In this document: positions 12,901-24,900 of the stretch, in pieces | Position numbering within the stretch: position 1 is the stretch's first letter | How the letters are laid out: each line of letters begins with the position of its first letter | Assembly (NCBI GenBank): GCA_002269645.1 | Contig: NIVC01003131.1 | Coordinates: forward strand, 1,013-65,012 | Length of the DNA: 64,000 nt | From: Macrostomum lignano | Taxonomy: Eukaryota | Direction: 5' to 3' | Position numbers and translations under genes: made by a program | The notes under the pieces: model-generated | What the model was told of the DNA's origin: nothing | What the model saw: the letters and a program-made list of their open reading frames with translations, nothing else | Database searches by the model: none

Positions 12901-15900
12901 AAGGGGGCAGAGGAGATAGAGGGCATGGAGGGGATGGAGGGGACAGAGGGGATGGAGGGGATGGAGGGGATAGAGGGCATGGAGGGGATAGAGGGCATGG
13001 AGGGCATGGAGGGGACAGAGGGGATGGAGGGGATGGAGGGGATAGAGGGCATGGAGGGTATGGAAAAGGGGATAGAGGAGGGGATAGGGGGTATATAGGA
13101 GGGGATGGAGGGATGGAAGGGACAGAGGGGATGAAGGGAACAGAGGGGATGGAGGGGATAGAGGAGGGATGAAGGGATAGACGGAATAGAGGTAACAAAT
13201 CAGATGCAGGGAGCACAGGTGATATAAGGGAATACATGGGTAACTGAGTCAGCAGTTTCTAGGCAAAGCATTGGTCCAGTGGCGGCACAGGTAAGCCATA
13301 GGCATAGGCATAGAAATACGCCAATCAGACAGACAGGCGGCACTCACCTTGGCCTGCAGTTTCTGCACCAGCTGGGCCTGCCGCTGCTGGCCCTCCTGGT
13401 ACGTGGCCAGCTTGCGCTTGTAGCTCTGCTGCTCATCGTCCAGGCGCTTGCGGAGGTCCATGTTCATCTGCATGAGGCCCCTGGAGCCGGGATCGTCACC
13501 GGGGTCCTCGTGCTGCTGGAAAACGGGGGTGGCGAGGTGGCTGGAGTTAGCGGACTCCCGGCAGTAGTCCTCGGGGTCGGAGTTGTCGTAGCCGCTGTCC
13601 GGGCAGGAGGCGGTGCCGATCGATGCGCCAAGAGCGGCGCTGGCGGCTGTGAGGTTCCGGACTGGAATCCGGGGCGCAGCCTGGCTGCTGCAGTTCTGGC
13701 AGCCAAGCAGAGCAGCCTGGCAGCTTTTGTCCTCGCAGGACGGCTGCTTTTGCTGCTGCTTCTGCTTGCTGGTCAAGCACACCTGGGAAACTGCCTTCTT
13801 CATCAACATCGACGTTTCTAATGTCGATGAATGAGCCGACTTGACAGCTGCTTCCATAGCAACAGAGCTAGCAGTTGACGCTAGCAGGCAGTTGTGAGAA
13901 GCGACTCGATTCGAGGAATTGGAGCGGCGCTGCTTGCTGGCCGGGTGCGGCAATTTGTCTGCCGCCTTCTTCACCGGCAGATTTCTAGGCCGAGCAAACA
14001 TCTCAAAGTTTCCCCTGGCTGGCAGGCGGTTCTGCTTTCTCACTAATTCTTCACTCAGCTCGAGTGGTCAAGCTCCATTCGGTTTTGAGAAGTTTTTTAA
14101 ACCCCAATTTAAGAGGCAGGAAGCGGGAGGGAACGCGCAGGACTTCCAGTTCGGTGAGAATTCAGAATGGAAAGCTTTTTGCTAATTAGTTAATGCAGTG
14201 ATCGAGTCGGTGAGGGGAGACCCGAGGCACAGGAAGCTGGTGAAATATATATATATGCGGATGTCTGACTGCGGCAATGAAATTCTTATTCTAAGAAACA
14301 GGGCGCGCACAGCACTTACGCGGTAGTCCACGTAGTCAAAACCGTCGTCTGTCATTGCTTAGCAACCGCTTAGCAACGCGTTGCTTAGGGATTAAAATGG
14401 ATCAGATTAACTAAAATCGGACGGTGCTACTGAGTTTGGGCAGTGGGAGCGGACCGACCACCTGAGAGGCGAACTGGAGGCTGACAGAAGAAACAGAAGT
14501 TTGCAGATGATGAAGCAGAAGAAAGACAGAGAGACTGTGGGCGTCTAATATAATAGGGAGGCTGGGGTGGCGGGGGGGCAGCCTTAGGCTCTGTGCTGCA
14601 GAGTATTCGGGCAGTTTGGCAGACAACAGAGCCAAATGGAGGTTAGAGAGCGCGATGGAGATGCGGGAGAGAGAGAGAGAGACAGACAGAGAGCAAATAG
14701 GACCAAGGCACTCGAGCACACGCAAACAGGAGAGGCTTGGCAGGGCCGCAGCCGAGGACGAAGGCAGATACGGTAGGCAGACGGGCGAGAGAGAGAGAGA
14801 GAGAGCGCTTAAAGAGTTCTTCAGTTTTCTTGGCAGCCAAATGACCAGAGAAAACTGCAGGGCGAGCCAGCCCCGGTAGCACCGACTCAAAGAGCAAAGA
14901 CCCTTGCACACACACACACACACGCTAAGCAGCCGGTAATAAACGCATCCATCAGGCGATTAGACCCTCTCACCCTCTCTCATCGACCTCTTGTCCGCCG
15001 TTTCAACCCCACCCCACCCCTACCCAACCTCGCAAGCAGAAGCAAACTCAGTCGGGTTTTCAACACTTCGCCGCCGTTCGGTGCTTCGAATCCCCCCCCC
15101 CCTGCACCCCACTTTATAGCATAGCCTAGCCTACACCGTCGCCATGACAACAATGCGCTTACGGAGCTGTGAAACAGGTATAGACACACACAGAGCAAGC
15201 ATCGACACTTGCTCCAAGACGGTCCGAAGCAGCAGCAAGGTGGAGAGGGAGACCATAAAGCTCTAAATTAGGTCTCGCATTGCGCTGGCTTGTTCTGTAT
15301 GAATTTTCTCGCTACAAGCTGTAAGCTGCATACGCGTATCGCACTCTGTTATCAACCTGCTACCCCACTGTTCCAAGCCTCACCTTGGCGGCAATTGCAG
15401 CGCCAATTTCGCCTCATTAGGTGCCGCAAGCCAAATGAACCGCATAAAAAAATCGGATGAAAAGTTTCGCAAATTTTTATGCCTCCTTGCAATTTTTTTC
15501 AGTGCTTAGCAAACTGATGAAGCACCAAATGAGCTTCATAGAGTAGGAAAAGACTGGCCCAGCTTCCAGCTGCCTAAATTTAAGCACGCGATAGCGGCAT
15601 AGATGCAGTAGGCAGCTCTGAGTTGACACGGGCAAACAGTTATTCAATATGCGAGATCGAGCGGCGGCTGCTGCCGTACCCTCACCTGCTTCCCCCTGCG
15701 GCTGGCTGCTCTGGATGGCGAGGAGTGGAGGGGAGGCCGAGAAAACACGGTAACCATGGCAACAGCATGTTGACAGAGCAGCGGCACAGCTGGCATCATC
15801 GGTGGCGCCTCCACTGGCGAGCAACAAGTTGATATTAGAAGAAAAAGATAAAAAAGTTTTTATTGGAATTGTTGACTCGAGAGAGGCTGCGGCTCTCGGC

Positions 15901-18900
15901 CCCGAACCCTAATTGGCGAGAACAGTGAAATTCGATAGGCAAAGCTGTGCTCGAAGCTTCTATGGAATTTCTGCTTGCCTGTCTGGCACGGTGGGAACCG
16001 CATACAAAACTCTGAAGAGCTTTGAGTCTTTTGGTGTCTGCTCAAATAATTAATCGTCATTTTCTTAAAGAATTATTTTCGCCTGGAGATTCTGCATCGA
16101 TGACTTACGGAGAGGCGAGTTCAATTAAGGACATCCAACAAGCCGCTTGTTGAGGAAACATAAGTGAATTTTTCTATCAAGAAAGCTCTGCCATCCGGTG
16201 AATAATGAAAAGTTTTAAAATGACCAGAAAATGACCTGGCGTGTGAAAAATTAACAAAATATCTTCCAACATGTAAATTTTAACAAAACAAATTAAATCA
16301 AACGAGACCTTGGTGAAATCGAAATAGAAAACAATATTAAAATTGATTTCCGTGTGATAAACTAAAAAAATGCTTCGGCACTACTTACCCAGAGTAGTGT
16401 TCAATAATAGGCTAATATAAATTCTTCAGAGCTGCTCAAAAGCACCTAAACAAAGGTGATTCGATAGACAATAAGAATTTTATATACAGAATTGCTGCAA
16501 AATATGAATGTAACAGAAATGAACACCTGCCAGTTGATCGCAGCCTCCTGCAGCTGCATCTCTTGTTGGCGCTAAATATTGCCAAGCAAGGCACCGCTAA
16601 TTCAATGCAAATATTATGCCTGCATAGTACTTGACCCGACTTGGAAACTGCTCGCTGAGGCGCATTGCTTCACTTTCCTTGCTTGCAAGAGAAAATTTCC
16701 TGATTGACTTCATTGCACAAAGCCTTTCTTGACACACTACAGTGATTTCTTAACGCAGTTAGAGCGCAAAAAAGCGGTTACCATGGCAACCAAGTGGAGG
16801 TTTTCTATACCAAGGAAGCATTTCAAAGTCTGGGCAGAAAGTAGGGAAAATCTCGGAAATTTCGAAAGCTGGATTTGGTAATAAAATTCACCCTTGAAGC
16901 TGATATTTGGTGAGATATAAATTTAGGAGGGTGAAATTGGGAATGCTGATTTAGGGACCTTCGAGAGAGGTGCGATGAGAATTTCATGAGGATTAGGGGT
17001 GATAAAATTAGGGATAATGAGGATTAGGGACGATGAGGATTAGGGACGATGAGGATTAGGGACGATGAGGATTAGGGATGATGGGGATTAGGGATGATGA
17101 GGATTAGGGATGATGGGGATTAGGGATGATGAGGATTAGGGATGATGAGGATTAGGGATGATGAGGATTAAGGAGGATGAGGATTAGGGAGAATGAGGAT
17201 TAGGGACGATGAGGATTAGGGGCGATGAGGATTAGGGAGGATGGGGATTAGGGACGATGAGGATTAGGGATGATGGGGATTAGGGATGATGAGGATTAGG
17301 GAGGATGAGGATTAGGGACGATGAGGAATAGGGATGATGGGGATTAGGGATGATGAGGATTAGGGATGATGAGGATTAAGGAGGATGAGGATTAGGGAGG
17401 ATGAGGATTAGGGACGATGAGGATTAGGGAGGATGGGGATTAGGGACGATGAGGATTAGGGATGATGGGGATTAGGGATGATGAGGATTAGGGAGGATGA
17501 GGATTAGGGACGATGAGGATTAGGGGTGATAAAATTTGGGATAATGAGGATTAGGGATGATGAGGATTAGGGAAGATGAGGATTCGGGATGATGAGGATT
17601 AGGGACGATGAGGATTAGGGACGATGATGATTAGGGATGATGAGGATTAGGGATGATGAGGATTAGGGATGATGAGGATTAGGGATGATGAGGATTAGGG
17701 ACGATGATGATTAGGGATGATGAGGATTAGGGATGATGAGGATAAGGGATGATGAGGATTAGGGATGATGAGGATTAGGGAGGATGAGTATTACGGATGA
17801 TGAGGATTAGGGATGATGGGGATTAGTGGCAATGTGTATTAGTGGCGATGAGGATTAGGGACGATGATGATTAAGGGCGAAGTCTTACAGTCGAAAAGCC
17901 AAATGAAAGGTGGACATGTTCTTCTCCCAAAATATAATTGGGATAAACTGAAATTGATCGAGCCGCCCAGTAACTCACACTGTCCGAGTCGATCAAAACA
18001 TCCCCATTGTTATCCTCCAGATCCGGCGGGATCTCGGTCGGGCTGTCCATTCCAGACGATGGCTTCAGTGGGAGTCCCTTCCGCTTATGACTATTGAGCT
18101 GGGTTGCAAAATGAAATTCCTTAGCGATACTCAGCCCAGGTAACGGGGAGTCGGGCGTTAAATACCCCAGCTGTCACGCGGCTGAAATATCCGCCCCAGG
18201 GCTAATCCGCGTATCCGCGCGGAGTTGGGAGGCCGGCTTAGCAACTCCCCATCCCCTTGCACCGGCTTCTCTCCCAGTCCTGCACCCTGCTGGGCCAATT
18301 CTCCCCTACTTCTAAAAGAGCTAGCGGATGACTGGGCGATTTCAAATCCGCCACCACAGGGAGGCCAGCTTCCCTCTCTCCACAGCTCTTACAAGCCTCT
18401 TCAAGCCTCCGTACTGTCCTGCCCAGTTCTGTGCAACTTTCTTGCTCCCCTGTCCCCATTGGCTGTTCCGCCCTGGCAACCAGAACAGAAGGAGGTGGGC
18501 GGGGATCGCGGAAGAGGAAAGCGGGGAGCAAGGCTGAGACAAGCAGATGAGGGGAGGATTTTCACTTCGAAGCGGGAGTTCCCAACAAGGGAAATCGTGA
18601 AGCCTAAGCGCCCCCACCCCACCCTAGTGGGGAGGGCAGCGGGGGTGGGGGCGTTTCCCAGCCTCCGTCTCATCCGCCAAAATGGGGAAAAAATTCCAAC
18701 AGGAACATTCACTGGCCCGACTAGCTAGGAAGGGAGTCAAAGGAAGAGACGTGTTTAGTCAGGCAGCACAAGTCTGAGTAGTCAGCTGTGAATAATGCGA
18801 GAGGCAAGGCCTCCCTCTTTGCTAAAGCATCGCCTGAGAGGATTTTGAAAGACAAGAAATAAAGAATTTGACAAAGGCGGCGGCGGCGGCGGCCGTGGCG

Positions 18901-21900
18901 CCAATTCTCAAGCAAAAAACCTGAGCATAGCCTGAGCAGACTTAAGCTGACATATTAGGGCACAACACTGGAGGAGGCATACGGAGAGAAAAGTAAAGAG
19001 AACAGACAGTTCCCCAGCTGCACTGCACCAACAATGCCTCACAAAAATGACTTGCGCCGCCCATGAACCGCTCAAAGCAAACAGAAAGCAGCTGAGAATT
19101 TCACTTTTGCAAGGTTGAAACACCTGAAAGACACAGAATTTCTCGTTTTCAGGCACAGTGCACTGTAATTGGACTGGCAACTAAAAATCATCTAAGCTTA
19201 AGCTAACTCAACTAACTGCAACCTGCATTGGTCACTCTTCTCCCAACTCCACCACCTTAACCCTGAGTCGTCGGCCAACATAAAAGCAGAGAATATATGA
19301 GAACCTGACCCTGTGTGAACAGCTGGCACTCCAGATTCTGGATCCAGATCACCTTGACCCAGTGTAAACAGCTGGCACTCCAGATTCTGGATCCAGATCA
19401 CGACCCAGTGTGAACAGCTGGCACTCCAGATTCTGGATCCAGATCACCTTGACCCAGTGTGAACAGCTGGCACTCCAGATTCTGGATCCAGATAACCTGA
19501 CCCAGTGTGAACAGCTGGCACTGCAGATTCTGGATCCAGATAACCTTGACCCACTGTGAACAGCTGGCACTCCAGATTCTGGATCCAGATAACCTTGACC
19601 CAGTGTGAACAGCTGGCACTTCAGATTCTGGATCCAGATCACCTTGACCCAGTGTGAACAGCTGGCACTCCAGATTCTGGATCCAGATCACCTTGACCCA
19701 GTGTGAACAGCTGGCACTCCAGATTCTGGATCATACATGCGCAACCTCCAAAATTCGGTCGGCCATGCGACTTAGTTTTAACAAAAATGCGACGTAGTTT
19801 TTGGCCAAAAATGCGACTTAAATGTAAAAAACCCTAAAGCAAAATTAACGCAACTTTGGGTAAACGGTAGGAGTAACTATGACTGTATTATTAGGTCAAA
19901 ATGCCTCGTCAGCTACTTAGTACTACTACTTGGTTATTTTTTCGGGTGGGCATTTTTGCGACTTCCTTGGTTGGCCGCAAAATCGGTCGGCCGGACCGGC
20001 CGACTCGGCCGACTGTTGCGCATGTATGTTCTGGATCCAGATCACCTTGACCCAGTGTGAACAGCTGGCACTCCAGATTCTGGATCCAGATCACCTTGAC
20101 CCAGTGTGAACAGCTGGCACTCCAGATTCTGGATCCAGATCACCTTGACCCAGTGTGAACAGCTGGCACTCCAGATTCTGGATCCAGATCACCTTGACCC
20201 AGTGTGAACAGCTGGCACTCCAGATTCTGGATCCAGATCACCTTGACCCAGTGTGAACAGCTGGCACTCCAGATTCTGGATCCAGATCACCTTGACCCAG
20301 TGTGAACAGCTGGCACTCCAGATTCTGGATCCAGATCACCTTGACCCAGTGTGAACAGCTGGCACTCCAGATTCTGGATCCAGATCAGGCCGGAATTCTA
20401 CTAGAAGAAAGACAAGCCTAGTGCTCAGAGTTGCGCTGGCAGCGCAGAAAATATTTGCTTGCGTCACAATCTAGCAAGCAGGCGGCTGGTCTGCAGCACG
20501 GCTAAATTATTAACCAGGCGAAAAACTGCAACAGTGCGTCAGCAGTCCCAGCCTGCACAGCCTTCGCCCGTTGTCCCACTGCCAAAGGCACGCAAACTTC
20601 AGTCAGTCGCTCCGCCCCAGTGCCACTGACTTGTTGAAGCGCCAACCAAAACTGCATGCGGGGCGTTGTTTATGATGATGTAAAATATTTTTTGTGGCAG
20701 GAAAATGGCAGCCTGCAGCTGGGAGCCCAGAAATTCTCAGACCAATTTCCGTGTTGAAGTTAGCAACTGTTTTTGGAACAAGTCCACGCGAACAGGCGCC
20801 TTTGCTCAGCAGATCTCTATGGAGACGGGGCGGAAACAGGGGAGAGTTGCTTGGGAGAGGAGACGTGAACAGGTGAAACTAACTTCGGATTGGCATCTAG
20901 AGACAGGTTGGCATTAGAAGTAGATGGGGGGAATCAGGGATAGAAGTAGATTAGGGGGAGAAATGAGGGGTAGAAGTAGATTAGGGGGAGAAATGGCAGA
21001 TAGAAGTAGATTATGGGGAGAAATGAGGGATAGAGGTAGATGGGAGAAATGAGGGATAGAAGTAGATGGGAGAAATGAGGGATAGAAGTAGATGGGAGAA
21101 ATGAGGGATAGAAGTAGATGGGAGAAATGAGGGATAGAAGTAGATGGGAGAATCAGGGATAGAAGTAGATGGGAGAAATGAGGGATAGAAGTAGATGGGA
21201 GAAATGAGGGATAGAAGTAGATGGGAGAATCAGGGATAGAAGTAGATGGGAGAAATGAGGGATAGAAGTAGATGGATAGAAACATACTACTTGAAGTAGC
21301 TGCAAAGGCGCCAAGAGATGTGCAACAAGGTAATAACAGGCAATAAAATAATTTATGCGGACAAGCAGGTAGTCAGAAAAATCAATCAGAGATCCCAGCC
21401 GCCCTCTCACAGCACTGCAGCCAATTAGCAATTTGAAATTTCTGCAGCTCTATAAAAGCTCAAGCGACAATAAAATCCGGTAAGCCCAAATTATGAGCAG
21501 TTTTATGTCGGCTGCAGAGTGCGCTGGGCGTTGCAGAAGCAGCTGGGAGACGGTTCCCGGGAAACTCCCCACTCATCCCTAAAACCCCACGGAGTAAAAG
21601 AGGGCGTGGACTGCAGGAGCAGGGGACCGGGCGAGCGCTCAGACTCAGCCATTACGAGTATTGCCAAACTCCATCAGGCCCAAGTGCATTTTAGGCTTTT
21701 GTGAATTTTCCAAAGCATTATTCTCTTTTTTCTCACTTCTCCAGCAGCCAAGACCTGCCGGACCAGGTGCTCCGCTTCTCAAACTGCCTTGCGCTGCCTG
21801 CATTTAGACAGCAAAAAAAGCAAACAGCGTGGAGGCGAAGAAGGGCGGATGGATGGGGGAGAGGAGGCTGAGCAGCGGTAAAGAATCCTGTATCCACGAG

Positions 21901-24900
21901 CGCTTTAAACACGATCGCTGCCTGCCTATCCGGCATGCACTTTTTATGCGAATAATAATCAGGAGCTGCACTGTGCACATTGGACAATGAGAAAGTCGTA
22001 CAGTTGTCTGCAATTGAGACACAGCGGCTGATTGAAAACTGACTACAGACTCCACTAAGTAGACCCAGGAACCAGCTTCTAACCTGTACAAACTCAAAGC
22101 CTAATAAATTATAAAATTTAGAAATTGGACAATAAAAAGCTATTGCAAAATGCAATACATTTGTGAGTTAGAATCCCAGAATGAGACAAGCAGCAGAAGG
22201 AAGGTAGGCATGAGAACTGCTTCCGCAAAGCAATGCTACGTAGATGAGCCCGGGGCTGTGTAAACTTTTAGAATTGCCAAGTACAAGATCAGGGTAGTGG
22301 AGCCAGACAGACAGACGGAAAAAAGTTAGTTCGGAAACTTGCACTCCAGAGAATACTTCTGGGACAAATTCTTATTCAATTAGATGACCTTGACTTGATC
22401 CACGACCATGTGACTAAAATACATTGACTTCGCGGTCTTGCACTTTTAAGCATCGATAACTTGAGGGACCACGGAATATACATGTACAATCCGCAAGTGC
22501 GGAATCACGTGCATTCTGAAGGACGCCATTGCGATCACTTAAACTAAAAAGCAACCCTGGAATTACGTGACCTACAGAAGCAACCTTGGGATCACGTGAC
22601 CTACAGAAGTAACCTTGCGATCACGTGACCTACAGAAGCAACCTTGGGATCACGTGACCTACAGAAGCAACCTTGGGATCACGTGACCTATAGAAGTAAC
22701 CTTGCGATCACGTGACCTACAGAAGTAACCTTGGAATCACGTGACCTACAGAAGTAACCTTGAGATCACGTGACCTACAGAAGCGGCCTTGGAATCATGT
22801 CAACTATAGAAGCGACGTTGGGATCACGTGACATACGTAATTTTGAATAAGTAATTTTGCAGGTTTTAAAGATGTTTAGAAAATGAAAAGCTCACCCGCT
22901 CAGATAGGGCATTGTAGCGAATCGACAGCTGATCTCTCTCGGCTCGCGTATCGGCGAGCGCCTCCTCCAAGCGATTCAGCTCCCGCTGGAGGCGAGCGAC
23001 CTCGTCGCCGGAGCCGACTCCGCCGCCTGAGCCGACGCGCCCACCGACGCCGCTCCAATCGGCGACGCCGGAACCGGTTCCAACCGGATCGTCCAGGTTT
23101 CTAGTTATCGAGTCTCGAATTCGAGCTGAAACTCGCTCCCGTCCGCCGGTGCCTGTGCGCAGGTAGCCGCCTGATTGACCTTCTTTGAGCACCGACTGTT
23201 CCAGTCTCTGTTAGGGGAGCGCGGGCTGCAGATTTTAGAGTTTTCGAAACATATTGGATAAAATAATCCTAACAGTCAGTTTCAATAACGATAGAATTAT
23301 TTCATAAATAAACGACATTTTCGATACATATCGGCTACATATGTTATACCAGCAAACTAATTACTGAATCATAGGTCCATTCGATACATATCGGCTTTAC
23401 TCGAATCAATAGCTACACACTAACTGCATCCAGGTTCTACTATTTCGATACATATCGGCTACCTAAAACCACAGATACTATAATAACTTATTAATAATAG
23501 CTTATTATTTATAATAACTATAATAACTTATTATAATACCTATAATAACTTATTACGAGTATAATACCCATAATAACTTAATTATTATAGTACCTGTGCG
23601 TAAAACTAAACACTGATTGCATCCGGCTAAAACAATTTCGATACATATCGGCTACCTGCAACTACACACGATTATATTCGACTAAAACAGTTTCGATACA
23701 TATCGGCAAGATAAAATACTCCAAACTAATTGTTATGAGATTTGATCTTGCTAAAACTTACAATTTTTATTACTTACCCGCAAAGTAACTCAACTGTTGA
23801 AATAAGTTTTTTAAAAATCTTTTTTTACTGAAATTTACTGTTATCAAGTTGGATCAGTTCGAAAGCGCAACAAACAGTGCATTATATGCAGTTTATTTAT
23901 TTGGCTTCTTCTAACCATCCTCGCCGCAGCACCAACCCCAGCCACAAAGACAGCCTGCTTGAAGGAGACTCGGGCAAAAGCAGATGCCCACCTCACTCCC
24001 GCAGCTGAGAACTGCCTGCCAAAACTCGGCCCTTGCGGCAGACAGACATCATAGTTCAGTCTGGGCCCGGACTTGCTTATTAAAGCTGTTCACCTGCTCT
24101 AAAATAGTTTTTTATGCGCCAGACTGCTTGCCTCTGCATGCGCAGTTGAGCTCGAAATTGCACTCGATGCCTTACTCAATTCTTTGCGAGACTTTTCTAT
24201 TAGCTGATATTAGTAAAATTGAAACTCGGCACTGGACAGTCGGCTGCGCAATAAAAAACTGGAGAGCTGATACCGAATTCTGGCGCACGCGCAACTAGCG
24301 GCTGTGGATTTCATTTGTCTGTTTTATTAAATAAGAATGAAGTGGAAAAAAATAAAGTAAGAACAAAACGCGACTGGTAAAAGGAGAGTGGAGAGGGTAA
24401 AGGGAGAGTATGGGATAGAGGGAGTAGAGTAGAGAGAGTAGAGGTAGATTAGAGGGTAGAGGGATAGTAGAGGGTAAACGGAGAGTAGAGGGTAAACGGA
24501 GAGTAGAGGGGTAGAGGGAGAGTAGAGAACGTAGTAGAGCAGAGAGGGTAGAAGGCGAGTAGAGTGGGTAGAGGGAGAGTAGAGGGTAGAGGGAGAGTAG
24601 AGTGGGTAGAGGGAGAGTAGAGGGTAGAGGGAGAGTAGAGTGGGTAGAGGGAGAGTAGAGGGTAGAGGGAGAGTAGAGTGGGTAGAGGGAGAGTAGAGGG
24701 TAGGGGGAGAGTAGAGTGGGTAGAGGGAGAGTAGAGGGTAGAGGGAGAGTAGAGTGGGTAGAGGGATAGTAGAGGGTAGACGGAGAGTAAAGGGTAGAGG
24801 GAGAGTAGAGAAGGTAGTAGAGTAGAGAGGGTAGAAGGCGAGTAGAGTGGGTAGAGGGAGAGTAGAGGGTAGAGGGAGAGTAGAGAGGGTATAGGGAGAG

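Larger units (their letters stand above)
19305..20390. repeat. 49-bp minisatellite (GTGTGAACAGCTGGCACTCCAGATTCTGGATCCAGATCACCTTGACCCA)
   Basis: Period 49; hosts the hAT MITE. Confidence 0.93.

Noticed and set aside
13516-14043. Treating the full 264-aa ORF 13249-14043 as the rootletin N-terminus
   Set aside because: The conserved rootletin N-terminus is encoded at 27458/23207 and a good acceptor exists at 13516-13517; the extension remains possible only as an alternative isoform.
16985-17865. Interstitial telomere or chromosome-fusion relic
   Set aside because: TTAGGG never occurs in tandem; it is embedded in a 16-bp unit.
19858-19921. Functional rRNA gene
   Set aside because: Only ~64 bp, diverged, and enclosed by MITE TIRs.
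23318-23710. CRISPR-like repeat-spacer pattern
   Set aside because: Repeat is only 17-19 bp, spacing is irregular, spacers partly resemble each other, there are no cas genes and the context is a eukaryotic intron. Kept only as a motif finding.
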